DNA of 64,000 bases from Candidatus Krumholzibacteriia bacterium (GTDB taxonomy: Bacteria > Krumholzibacteriota > Krumholzibacteriia > LZORAL124-64-63). The translations under genes were made by a program, and so were the position numbers. The notes beneath the pieces were generated by a model. That model searched no databases. It saw only the letters and a program-made list of their open reading frames with translations, and was not told the DNA's origin. Positions 31,223-40,561 of this stretch are shown piece after piece (the first letter of the stretch is position 1; each line of letters starts with the position of its first letter). Where the stretch lies: contig JBFXKG010000001.1 of the NCBI GenBank assembly GCA_050174015.1, positions 224,404 through 288,403 on the forward strand. The letters run 5' to 3'.

Positions 31223-32376
31223 ATACCCCCGGAGCCTTCCGGTTACCCGTGCTCGCCTGCTGCGCCCTCCTGGTCCTGCTGCCCGCCGGGTGCGGCGAGA
31301 AGATCGCCGTGCCCCAGCCCAAGGGCCTGTTCTCGGTCAGCGCCTACATCCTGGACGAGGTCTATTCGGACGATTCGCCTCTGCAGGTCACGGCATCCCA
31401 GGGCAGCCTGTTCGTCCTGACCGACGGCGCGCTGTCCAAGCGCGATCAGCAATACGGGCTCATCCACGAGGTCGACGGTCTGGCCGGGCCCACGGCCCTG
31501 TGCGTGGGCGACCTGAGGGAACTGGTGTTCGTGTGGGAGCAGGACGCCGGGCAGGTCAGCTGGTTCTCCGCCACGGACCTGACACTGATGGGGTCGACGG
31601 TCCTGGAAGGGGTCCAGTCGGTGACGGCCATGGCCACCAATCCCGCGGGCATCGACCAGGAGCCGGGCGCCCGGACCTTCGTGTACCTGTCCGATCCCGA
31701 GGCCGGGGTTGTCCACCGCTACGTCTTCGACGACTTCAACGGCCTGAGCCCCTACGGCATCCTGGCCCGCAGCGACGGCGACGCCGCCCGGTTCGTCCAC
31801 GTCCCCATGGGGATGGCCACCGACAGCGCGGACAGCCTGCTGGTCTGCGACGCCGATCCGGGCCGCAACTGGGTCATCCGCTTCGTCAGCGAGCCGGACC
31901 TGGACGACGTCACGCCCGAGGCCGGGGACCAGGATCCCTGGCGGGGGCACGCGGCGCTGTTCCATGATCCGACGTGCGTTCCCCCGGCGGCCGCCGACTA
32001 CGTGCTGGGCGATGCCGCGGCCTGCGGCGAGTCCGACTGGGTCGGCGGGCCCTCGGACGCCCAGGGCGAGTTCTCCCTGCCTCTGGCCGTGGCCGTGGAC
32101 GGTGCGGGCCGCATCTTCGTGGCCGATTCGGGCAACGACCGCATCCAGGTGTTCGCCCCCGACGGGGATTTCGAGCTGCTGTTCGGGGACCTCGAGCAGA
32201 GCCCCCGGCCCACCTCGCTCGCCGTCGTGGACGTGCGGATCGGCGGCGGCGCGGACGAGGTGAACCATGCCGCCTACGTCTTCCTGGTTCATCCGGACCA
32301 GGGCGAGGTCCGCAAGTTCATCAGCAGCGAGCATTACATCTACCTGAATCAGGAACCTCCGCCGCCGCCCAACTAG
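31219..32376 (+). CDS. NHL-repeat lipoprotein
   Basis: ATGA overlap, lipobox PAG-C, and the NHL motif GEFSLPLAVAVDGAGRIFVADSGNDRIQVF. Confidence 0.85.
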   Translation: MNTPGAFRLPVLACCALLVLLPAGCGEKIAVPQPKGLFSVSAYILDEVYSDDSPLQVTASQGSLFVLTDGALSKRDQQYGLIHEVDGLAGPTALCVGDLRELVFVWEQDAGQVSWFSATDLTLMGSTVLEGVQSVTAMATNPAGIDQEPGARTFVYLSDPEAGVVHRYVFDDFNGLSPYGILARSDGDAARFVHVPMGMATDSADSLLVCDADPGRNWVIRFVSEPDLDDVTPEAGDQDPWRGHAALFHDPTCVPPAAADYVLGDAAACGESDWVGGPSDAQGEFSLPLAVAVDGAGRIFVADSGNDRIQVFAPDGDFELLFGDLEQSPRPTSLAVVDVRIGGGADEVNHAAYVFLVHPDQGEVRKFISSEHYIYLNQEPPPPPN

Positions 32377-32504
32377 CCGCCGGGGAAGCCGGGCGGCGAT
32401 TCCCGCTGGCATCGGGCCGGATCAGCCGTTACAATGCGGGAAACGGGCGTGGCGGCCGGGAGCATCCCCGGCCGCCGCCTTGCATGCACGGCCGGAGGAC
32501 CCTC

Positions 32505-33194
32505 GTGACCTTCAAGACCCTCAAGCAGCGTTTCCCCAAGAAGGACATCCCCCGGACGCCGTTCTACGTCTCGGTGGCCGGCAACATCGGGGTCGGCAAG
32601 AGCATGATCACCACGATGATCGGCGAGGTCTTCGGCTGGCGCATGTTCTACGAGCCGGTGATCAACAACCCCTATCTCGACGACTACTACCAGGACATGA
32701 AGCGCTGGAGCTTCCACCTGCAGGTCTACTTCCTGAGCAAGCGTTTCGAGATCCAGAAGCAGATCCTGGACAGGCCCGGGTCCGCGGTCCAGGACCGGAC
32801 CATCTACGAGGACGTGGAGATCTTCGCGCCGACCCTTCACCGCCGGGGCTGCATGGACGACCGGGACTACGAGAACTACCGGGAGATCTTCCGCAACATG
32901 GCGGCCTTCCTGACGCCGCCCGACCTGATCATCTACCTGCGCTGCCGGCCCGAGACGGCGTTGCGCCGCATCCGCCAGCGCGGGCGGGGCTGCGAATCCA
33001 ACATCCCCCTGGACTTCCTGCAGGGCCTGCACGCCGCCTACGAGGACTGGATCGAGAGGGCGCCCGCCCTGTGCCCGGTGCGGGTCATCGACACCGAGAC
33101 GGTGAATCTGCGCGACGACGCCGGAGCCCAGGCGGACCTGCTGGGGATGATCCGCGAGGCCCATCTCGAGAAACACGAACGCCTGGCCGGCTGA
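32505..33194 (+). CDS. Deoxynucleoside kinase
   Basis: GGAGG RBS with GTG start, P-loop AGNIGVGKS, EPV.NNPYL..YY, LQVYFL..RF, QDRTIYED, PDLIIYL and RIRQRGR. Confidence 0.93.
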   Translation: MTFKTLKQRFPKKDIPRTPFYVSVAGNIGVGKSMITTMIGEVFGWRMFYEPVINNPYLDDYYQDMKRWSFHLQVYFLSKRFEIQKQILDRPGSAVQDRTIYEDVEIFAPTLHRRGCMDDRDYENYREIFRNMAAFLTPPDLIIYLRCRPETALRRIRQRGRGCESNIPLDFLQGLHAAYEDWIERAPALCPVRVIDTETVNLRDDAGAQADLLGMIREAHLEKHERLAG

Positions 33195-33220
33195 GCCGCG
33201 GGCTGAGAGGATTGACGGCC

Positions 33221-34330
33221 GTGAAGGCTGGGGAATACAGACCGAGCGACCTGCTGCGGGGCAAGGAGATTCCCGACGAGCTCCTGCGGGCCCTGCCCAA
33301 GACCGACCTGCACTGCCACCTGGACGGCAGCCTGCTGATGGCGACCTTCCGGGAACTGGGATCGGCCCTCGGGCTGGACATGTCCGGCACCGACGACGAC
33401 GTCCGCCTCCGGTTCTTCCCGGGCGACCGCGAGTGCTGCCAGCACGAGTTCCTGTCCCACTTCACCAACACCCTGAAGGTCCTCCAGACCGCCGAGAACC
33501 TGGAGCGGGTGGCCTTCGAGCTGGCGACCGATTTCGCCGCGGAAGGCGTGTGGTACCTCGAGGTGCGGTTCTGCCCCCTGCAGCACGTCGAGGGTGGGCT
33601 GACGCCTGGCCAGGCCGTGGCGGCCGTCCGCCGGGGCCTGGACCGCGCCGAGGCGGAACACGGGGTGACCGCGGGCATCATCATCACGGGCATCCGCACC
33701 ATCGACCCCGCCCATTCCCTCGAGCTGGCCCGTCTGGCCGTGGAATGGAAGGGCCGGGGCGTGGTGGCCTTCGACCTGGCAGGAGCCGAGGAGGACAACC
33801 CGGCCAAGCGCCACGTCGAGGCTTTCTACCACGTGATGAACAACAACCAGAACGTGACCATCCACGCCGGGGAAGGGTTCGGCCCGGAATCCATCCACCA
33901 GGCCCTGCACCGTTGCGGGGCCAACCGCATCGGGCACGGGGTGAGGCTGGAGGAGGACCCGGATCTCATGGCCTACGTGGCCGATCATCGCATTCCCCTG
34001 GAGATCTGCCTGAGCAGCAACCTGCAGAGCTGCGTGGTCGAGGACCTGGACCGCCATCCCCTGCGGTACTACCTGCGCGAAGGACTGCGGGTGACCATCA
34101 ACACCGACAACACCCTGTTCGCCCGCACCTCGCCGGTGAAGGAACTGCGCCTGGCGGTCGACACCTTCGACCTGACCCTGCTGGAGACAGAGAACCTGCT
34201 GATCAACGGCTTCAAGAGCGCGTTCCTGCCCGAGCATCGCAAGGGCGCCATGGTCCACCAGGCCCTTGCCACGTTCACGAGCCTGCGCGACAAGTTCGAT
34301 CTCGACCGGAAGAAGGAGCAGACCCCATGA
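33221..34330 (+). CDS. add: Adenosine deaminase
   Basis: LPKTDLHCHLDGS, YLEVRFCP, FDLAGAE, TIHAGE, RIGHG, LEICLSSN and TINTDN. Confidence 0.92.
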   Translation: MKAGEYRPSDLLRGKEIPDELLRALPKTDLHCHLDGSLLMATFRELGSALGLDMSGTDDDVRLRFFPGDRECCQHEFLSHFTNTLKVLQTAENLERVAFELATDFAAEGVWYLEVRFCPLQHVEGGLTPGQAVAAVRRGLDRAEAEHGVTAGIIITGIRTIDPAHSLELARLAVEWKGRGVVAFDLAGAEEDNPAKRHVEAFYHVMNNNQNVTIHAGEGFGPESIHQALHRCGANRIGHGVRLEEDPDLMAYVADHRIPLEICLSSNLQSCVVEDLDRHPLRYYLREGLRVTINTDNTLFARTSPVKELRLAVDTFDLTLLETENLLINGFKSAFLPEHRKGAMVHQALATFTSLRDKFDLDRKKEQTP

Positions 34331-35196
34331 GCGCCCGCCTCTCCTTGCTGTCCGACCGCTGGCGCGACCGTGTCGGCGAGGCCGGGGCTTTCCTCCAGGA
34401 ACGTGGATTCGGCGGGAAGGTGGGGCTGATCCTGGGCAGCGGCCTGGGGGTCTTCGCCGACGCGGTGGAGAACGCGGAGGGCATCGAGTACAAGGACATC
34501 CCCGGCTACCACACCACCAGCGTGGCCGAGCACAAGGGCCGGCTGGTCTGCGGGACCGCGGCCGGGGTCCGCGTGGTCGTGATGCAGGGCCGCCTGCATC
34601 CTTACGAGGGCCTGCCTTACGACGACCTGCTGCTGCCGACCGCGGTGCTGGCCTGCCTGGGCATCGACACCGCCATCGTGACCAACGCCGCCGGCGGTCT
34701 GAACCGCTACTTCGCCCCGGGCGACCTGATGGCCATCACCGACCAGATCGACCTGCACCTGCACGATCCGTTGCGCGGCCTGCTGACCCGGCCCTTCGGG
34801 GGTGAACCCGGCGCCGCGGAAGTCGGCCGGATCGGCGGGGTGCCCGACCTGTACGACCGGGACCTGGCCCGCAAGCTCGTCGAGGCAGCCGCGAACTGCG
34901 GCGTCCCCATGCACAGCGGCACCTACGCCAGCATGCCCGGCCCCCCGTACGAGGCCAAGGCGGAGATCGGCATGCTGCGCCGCATCGGCTGCGACGCCGT
35001 CGGCATGAGCACCGCCCCCGAGACCGTCCTGCTCAAGCGCCTGGGGGTGGCCCCCGTGGGCCTGTCCTGCATCACCAATCCGGCCCGGGAGACCGGGCAG
35101 CCGGAACTTTCCCACCAGGATGTGGTCGAGGTGGGGGCCATGGTGAGGGACCGGATGGCGACGCTGCTGTTCGCCTACCTGCCGATGATTGCCTGA
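34327..35196 (+). CDS. punA: Purine-nucleoside phosphorylase (trimeric type)
   Basis: GLILGSGLG, H.GRL, MQGRLHPYEG, TNAAGGLN, GPPYE..AE, DAVGMST.PE and SCITN. ATGA overlap with add. Confidence 0.92.
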   Translation: MSARLSLLSDRWRDRVGEAGAFLQERGFGGKVGLILGSGLGVFADAVENAEGIEYKDIPGYHTTSVAEHKGRLVCGTAAGVRVVVMQGRLHPYEGLPYDDLLLPTAVLACLGIDTAIVTNAAGGLNRYFAPGDLMAITDQIDLHLHDPLRGLLTRPFGGEPGAAEVGRIGGVPDLYDRDLARKLVEAAANCGVPMHSGTYASMPGPPYEAKAEIGMLRRIGCDAVGMSTAPETVLLKRLGVAPVGLSCITNPARETGQPELSHQDVVEVGAMVRDRMATLLFAYLPMIA

Positions 35197-35211
35197 GAAA
35201 ACCGGGGGGAC

Positions 35212-36552
35212 GTGATGCGGGGTAGAACCACCTCCACTTTCATCGTTTTGGCCGTTTTCCTGGTCGGGGGCGGGTCGTCCTTCGCCCAGACCTCCGTCGG
35301 CTTCGTCGAGCCGGACAGCCTGGCGGCCCTGACCGCCTACCGCCTCCCCGACTGGGGTTACCGGACCTGGGATCTCTTCGGGGCGCTGGACGGCGGGGGC
35401 AGTGACGGATCCACCCGCCAGGTCATCAACCGTTTCGCCACCACCTTGAATTCCCGGTGGTCCCTCGTGAACGAAGGAGAGGACACCGCCTGGTCCGCCG
35501 CCCTCGGCGCGAACCTCGACTACGTCCACAGCCACAACGGGACAACGATATCCGAATCCAGCGGACACACCTTCAGGGGCGTAGGGTCGATCGAGCTCGC
35601 CTGGCGGAACTACCTGGGCGCCGGTCCCTTCTCCTACGCGGTTTCCGGCGATTACGAGCGCACCTACTGGGAAACCGAATCCACCAGCACCAATCCGATC
35701 CGGGACCGGGTGTTCAACGGGCGGTACGAGCGCATCGGGATCGGTGGGGTCGGACTCGACCTGGGCATCGGGCGCCTCCGGGACGTGACACCTTTGGTCC
35801 GGGCCGCCCGGCTGAGTGAAAGGCTCGTCGCCCTGGGCCGTCCCGCCCTCACCCGAGACCAGGTCATCGCCGTGGCGGAGGTCCTGGCCACGGAGCAGGG
35901 CTACCGGACGGTGTTCGAGCGTTCCGATCGCCGCTTCTGGCATGACGTCCTGGATCCTTTTCTCCCCGGGCAGGAACCCCTGAGCGCCCTGGAGATCCTC
36001 TATCTGAGGGACGTGCTCGCCGAAGATCTCGGCCCCCGCAATCAGGGGTTCCTCCTCGGGGCGGGCTATGGGTTCGAGGAGTCGCGAATCACGCGTGACG
36101 ACCGGGTCACCAGCAGCATCCGGCGGGGGCCAGCCCTGTCGGCCGTCTGGGCCCGCAACCTCGACCTCCACCACCAGTTGACCCTGTCGGCGAACCTTGA
36201 TTACACCTGGGTCAGGAACGGCTACACCGTCGAGGAGGGCGCCGGCATCCGATTCCAGGGCGACCACCTGTGGAACGTGGCCGACCGCTACCGGCTGGAC
36301 ACGATGCTGAAGGCAGGCTACGAGTACCGCGAGGATCTCGAGCTGGTGGATCAGGAATATCTCCTGCGCAGCGTGATCGTCGATCTGGCCTCTTCATTGA
36401 GGATCTACCTCGAGGATTCCCTCAACCTGGTGGCCACGGTCCAGGGGGGATACGACTGGCGCCGGGGCGGAGAACCCAAGGTCGACTGGACCTACTGGAA
36501 GTGGTCCTACGGAATCGGCGTCGAGTACGCCCTGGACCGGTTCCTTTACTGA
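35212..36552 (+). CDS. Secreted or outer-membrane hypothetical protein (probable beta-barrel interrupted by a helical segment)
   Basis: Signal peptide, many aromatic alternating strands, a central helical GIGRLRDVT...YLRDVLAE block, and an aromatic C-terminal strand. Confidence 0.65.
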   Translation: MMRGRTTSTFIVLAVFLVGGGSSFAQTSVGFVEPDSLAALTAYRLPDWGYRTWDLFGALDGGGSDGSTRQVINRFATTLNSRWSLVNEGEDTAWSAALGANLDYVHSHNGTTISESSGHTFRGVGSIELAWRNYLGAGPFSYAVSGDYERTYWETESTSTNPIRDRVFNGRYERIGIGGVGLDLGIGRLRDVTPLVRAARLSERLVALGRPALTRDQVIAVAEVLATEQGYRTVFERSDRRFWHDVLDPFLPGQEPLSALEILYLRDVLAEDLGPRNQGFLLGAGYGFEESRITRDDRVTSSIRRGPALSAVWARNLDLHHQLTLSANLDYTWVRNGYTVEEGAGIRFQGDHLWNVADRYRLDTMLKAGYEYREDLELVDQEYLLRSVIVDLASSLRIYLEDSLNLVATVQGGYDWRRGGEPKVDWTYWKWSYGIGVEYALDRFLY

Positions 36553-36576
36553 CGGAGGGGGGCCGGAGCCCTGTAT

Positions 36577-36786
36577 CTACCGTTCCACCAGGAAGTCGAA
36601 GATGTTGCCGACCGTGCTGCTGTCGGCGGCGTAGAGCTCAGTGTACTTGCAATGGTCGCAGATGACGGTGGTGAACTTCTTCGACTGGATGTCGAACAGC
36701 TTGGTCAGGAATCCTCCGGTGGCTCTCATTTCGCTGGTCCGGAAGGACCCGTTACCGCACTTGGGGCACCGGTACATGCTGGTCAT
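36577..36786 (-). CDS. Zinc-ribbon nucleic-acid-binding protein (DUF2082-like)
   Basis: GAGGAGG RBS; sequence CPKCG...ATGGFLTKLFDIQSKKFTTVIC..CKYTELY...IFDFL. Confidence 0.88.
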   Translation of the reverse strand: MTSMYRCPKCGNGSFRTSEMRATGGFLTKLFDIQSKKFTTVICDHCKYTELYAADSSTVGNIFDFLVER

Positions 36787-36965
36787 GGTTCCTCCTCGGC
36801 GGCCGCAATAGGCCGCCGGGAATACTACCCCGCCGCCCCGGGTCTTGTTCGCTCCGGATCCTGGCGGGGTGGACATCCCCGGCCGGAAATGACATATTCC
36901 CAGTCCTGAATCGCTTTCCGGCGGGCCTGTGCGCCTGCCCCACAGTCATGCCCGAAGGAGCCGTC

Positions 36966-37742
36966 ATGCGCCGCTATCTCGTCGCCGGTAACTGGAAGCT
37001 CAACCTGGGACCCAGGGCGGGCCGCGACCTGGCCGCCGCCGTGGGCGAACGCCTGCGGGGCCGCACCCTGCATGGGGACGTGGTGGTCTGTCCGCCCTTC
37101 GTCTCCATCCCGGCGGTCGGCGAGGCCGCCCAGGGTGATCCGGTCCTGCTGGGCGCCCAGAACTGCGCCGACCAGGCTGCGGGGGCGTACACGGGCGAGG
37201 TGTCGGCGGCCATGCTCAAGGAGGCCGGCGTCCAGTACGTCATCGTCGGGCACAGCGAGCGTCGCGAATACTACGGGGAGACGGACGACCAGTTCGTGCG
37301 CAAGATCGATCTGGTCCACGCCCAGGGCATGAAGGCCATCTTCTGCTTCGGGGAGGTGCTGGACGAGCGCAAGGCCGGCCGGGCGGAAGCGGTGGTCCAG
37401 GCCCAGCTCGAAGGGGTGCTGCCCCGGCTCGAGTCCGCCAACGCCTACAACCTGGTGCTGGCCTACGAGCCGGTCTGGGCCATCGGGACGGGAGAGACTG
37501 CGACTCCGGAGATCGCCCAGCAGATGCACGCCCATACCCGGAAGATCACGGCCGACCTGCTGGGGACCGACACGGCCGCGAACCTCCGCATCCTTTACGG
37601 GGGCAGCTGCAAGCCCGGCAACGCCCGCGAACTGATCGGCCTGCCCGACGTGGACGGCGGCCTGATCGGCGGCGCCAGCCTGAAGGCCGAGGATTTCGTC
37701 GGGATCGTGGACGGCGCCGAGGCGGCCGCGACCGACCGTTGA
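36966..37742 (+). CDS. tpiA: Triosephosphate isomerase
   Basis: AGNWKLN, GAYTGEVS, IVGHSERR, AYEPVWAIGTG, ILYGGS and DGGLIGGASL. Confidence 0.98.
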   Translation: MRRYLVAGNWKLNLGPRAGRDLAAAVGERLRGRTLHGDVVVCPPFVSIPAVGEAAQGDPVLLGAQNCADQAAGAYTGEVSAAMLKEAGVQYVIVGHSERREYYGETDDQFVRKIDLVHAQGMKAIFCFGEVLDERKAGRAEAVVQAQLEGVLPRLESANAYNLVLAYEPVWAIGTGETATPEIAQQMHAHTRKITADLLGTDTAANLRILYGGSCKPGNARELIGLPDVDGGLIGGASLKAEDFVGIVDGAEAAATDR

Positions 37743-37770
37743 GCCCTGCAGAACCACAAGGAGTGTCGAC

Positions 37771-40530
37771 GTGAGATTGGACCATAGAGCGATCGCCGTC
37801 CTGATCCTGGCCCTGGCGGCCGCCATGCCGGCTGCGGGCCAGCCCGTGCGCTTCGGCGATCCGCACCTGGAGCCGGTGTTCCACCCGCTTCCCGGCAACG
37901 TCGAGGTGCTGCGGCTGGAGAACGGCCTGGAAGTGTTGCTGATGCGCAATCCGGCCCAGCCCATGGTGGGGATCTACACCCAGGTCAGGGTGGGATCGGC
38001 CCGCGAGGATTACCGAACCAGCGGCATGAGCCACATGCTCGAGCACCTGCTGTTCAACGGTACGGACAAGTACACCCAGGAAGAGCTGTACGACCTGGCC
38101 GACAACGCGGGCGCCTACAACAACGCCACCACCTCGGACTTCTTCACGAACTTCATGCTCGTGGCCCCGGCCGCCGAGCTGGAGACGGGCCTGGACATCC
38201 AGTCCCAGATGCTCTTCCACTCCGTCGTTCCCGAGGACAAGTTCCTCAAGGAGCAGGGCATCGTCCTGGGCGAGCTGGTGGCCGCCCGCGACCGTCCCGG
38301 CCACTTCAGCGAGACGGCCATGCGCCAGGCCCTTTTCCAGGGATCGAGCCTCGAGCTGCCGACCCTGGGCACCCGGGCCACGATCGAGCACATGACCCGC
38401 GACGACGTGTACGCCTTCTACAAGCGCTGGTACGTGCCCAACAACATGATCATGACGATCGCCGGCAACTTCGACGGGGACCGCACCATGGAGCTGATCG
38501 AGCAGTATTTCGGCTCGATCGCGCCCGGCACGCTGCCGGACGAGGACTTCCGGCCGGCCGCCCTCATCGACGGCACCACCACGGTGGCCCGCCGCGGGGG
38601 CGACCGCCGCCTGGCGGCCCTGTCGTTCCAGGCTCCCGGCTACGGCATGGACGACTTCTTCCCCTTCCTGGTGATGACCGAGATGCTGACCCTCGAGGGC
38701 AGCGGCATCCTCACCCGCGCCATCGACGACCTCGACCAGGACTCCCGGCCGGAGCTGTCGGCGTGGTGGGACCGGGCCCCGGGGTTCAGCCGCCTGAACC
38801 TGGAATTCGACCTGCCGGAGGCCGCCGATCCCGCCCGGCTTTACCGCCTGGTCCAGGACGCCCTGACCGGGGCCGTGGAGATGGGCATCACCGGCGAGGA
38901 CATCCTCGGCATCGTCAGGATGAGCGAGACCCACACGTTGCTGGAGCGCGAGCAGTTGCGCATGACCGGGATCTACATCGCCGAACCACTGGTGCTGGGC
39001 GGGCCCGACTTCTTCCTCTCCTACCTCGATCGCCTGCGGGGCGTGACCGCCGAGGACGTCACGCGCGTGATGACCAACTGGCTGGTCGAGGCGCCCTGTC
39101 TGGCGGTCCTCATCGAGCCCGATCCGCAGGCCGCGGCGGGACCCCCGGGCGCCGGCATGCCCCCGGGGATGCAGATGCCGGCCGGGATGCAGATGTCCCC
39201 CGCCATGGCGGCCGCCATGCAGAAGATGGGCGCCGGCGACGGAGCCGCGAAACCGGGAGCGGCCGAGACCCCGGCGGTGATCGAGCCGGCCCCCCTGAAG
39301 GTCGATCGGTCGGTCCTGGCCAACGGCGCGGTCCTGGTCAGCCAGACCAACCCCGACAGCCCGCTGCAGGCCATCCACCTGGCGGTGCGGGGCCGGGCGC
39401 TCATCGACCGTGACAACGCCGGGGCCGGCGCCCTGGACGTCGTCCACCGGCTCCTCGAGGAAGGCGTCGCCGGCTGCGACAGGACCTGCCTGGCCCGGCG
39501 GCTGCGCCGGCTGGGCGCCGTGGTCAAGCTCGTGGACGACGGCCGCATCCCCATGGACGACTATTACACCAACGGGCGGTTCAGCTTCATCCGCGTGGAG
39601 ACTGCCGCCGGCAACGGCGCCGAGGCCCTGGAACTGGTGACCGAACTGATCCAGCACGCGGTGTTCGGCGAGGACGTCTTCGAGAGGATTCGCACCGAAC
39701 GGGTCACCGAACTCGGCAGGGAGGGCGCCAGCGCCCGGACCGTGGCCAACGGCCTGCTCGCCGGGGCCCTGTACGGAGACCATCCGCTGGTGCTGCCCCC
39801 CGAAGGCGGCGTGGAGACCCTGGCCGGACTGGACTACGACCAGGTCCGGCTGGTCTACCGCCGGGCGTTCTCGCCGGAGAACCTGGTGTTCTCGATCATC
39901 GGCCCGGCCGGTCACGCCGAGCTGAAGGAGGCCGTCGAGCGGCTGTTGCCGGGCCAGGGCGTCCCGGGTCCCGGGGTGCCCCCCCTGCCCGTGACGGCGG
40001 GGCCCGATTCGGCGGGCGCAACGCTCGGCGGGGAGATGGCGGCCATCCGCCTGGGATCCGTCCTGAAGGTCGCCCCGGAGGACGAGGCGGCACTGGCGCT
40101 GGCGGTGGCGATCCTCTCGGACCGCATGGCGATGGATCTGCGCGAGGCGCGTGGTCTGAGCTACAGCGTGGGGGCGTCGCTCGATCCGGCCGGCGACCGG
40201 GCCGAGTTCACCGCCTGGATCAATCCGCCGGTCGAGAGGGCGGACGAGGCTCTCGCCGCCCTGAGGGCCTTCGTGGCCGATTTCGACGCCGCGACCATCA
40301 CGCAGGAGGAGGCGGACAAGATCCGCAGCGCCCGCCGGGGCCGCACCCTGATGCGCCGCCTTTCGAGCATGGGCCAGGCCTACTATCTGGCCATGGCCGA
40401 GCTGGAGGGGGACATCCAGGGCTACCTGCAGGCCCTGACCCGTTACGAGGACGTCGCCCTGGGGGACCTGCGCCGGGTGAGCGACCTTTACCTGAAGACG
40501 ATGCCCCTGGTCACGGTGGTCGTGGACTGA
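37771..40530 (+). CDS. Secreted M16 family zinc protease (insulinase/pitrilysin-like, two halves)
   Basis: Signal peptide, LENGLEV, VGSARE...GMSHMLEHLLFNGT (HxxEH), FYKRWYVPNN, and LREARGLSYSV. Confidence 0.93.
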   Translation: MRLDHRAIAVLILALAAAMPAAGQPVRFGDPHLEPVFHPLPGNVEVLRLENGLEVLLMRNPAQPMVGIYTQVRVGSAREDYRTSGMSHMLEHLLFNGTDKYTQEELYDLADNAGAYNNATTSDFFTNFMLVAPAAELETGLDIQSQMLFHSVVPEDKFLKEQGIVLGELVAARDRPGHFSETAMRQALFQGSSLELPTLGTRATIEHMTRDDVYAFYKRWYVPNNMIMTIAGNFDGDRTMELIEQYFGSIAPGTLPDEDFRPAALIDGTTTVARRGGDRRLAALSFQAPGYGMDDFFPFLVMTEMLTLEGSGILTRAIDDLDQDSRPELSAWWDRAPGFSRLNLEFDLPEAADPARLYRLVQDALTGAVEMGITGEDILGIVRMSETHTLLEREQLRMTGIYIAEPLVLGGPDFFLSYLDRLRGVTAEDVTRVMTNWLVEAPCLAVLIEPDPQAAAGPPGAGMPPGMQMPAGMQMSPAMAAAMQKMGAGDGAAKPGAAETPAVIEPAPLKVDRSVLANGAVLVSQTNPDSPLQAIHLAVRGRALIDRDNAGAGALDVVHRLLEEGVAGCDRTCLARRLRRLGAVVKLVDDGRIPMDDYYTNGRFSFIRVETAAGNGAEALELVTELIQHAVFGEDVFERIRTERVTELGREGASARTVANGLLAGALYGDHPLVLPPEGGVETLAGLDYDQVRLVYRRAFSPENLVFSIIGPAGHAELKEAVERLLPGQGVPGPGVPPLPVTAGPDSAGATLGGEMAAIRLGSVLKVAPEDEAALALAVAILSDRMAMDLREARGLSYSVGASLDPAGDRAEFTAWINPPVERADEALAALRAFVADFDAATITQEEADKIRSARRGRTLMRRLSSMGQAYYLAMAELEGDIQGYLQALTRYEDVALGDLRRVSDLYLKTMPLVTVVVD

Positions 40531-40561
40531 CACGGCCGCCGGCCACTTCCCGGAGGCTGCC

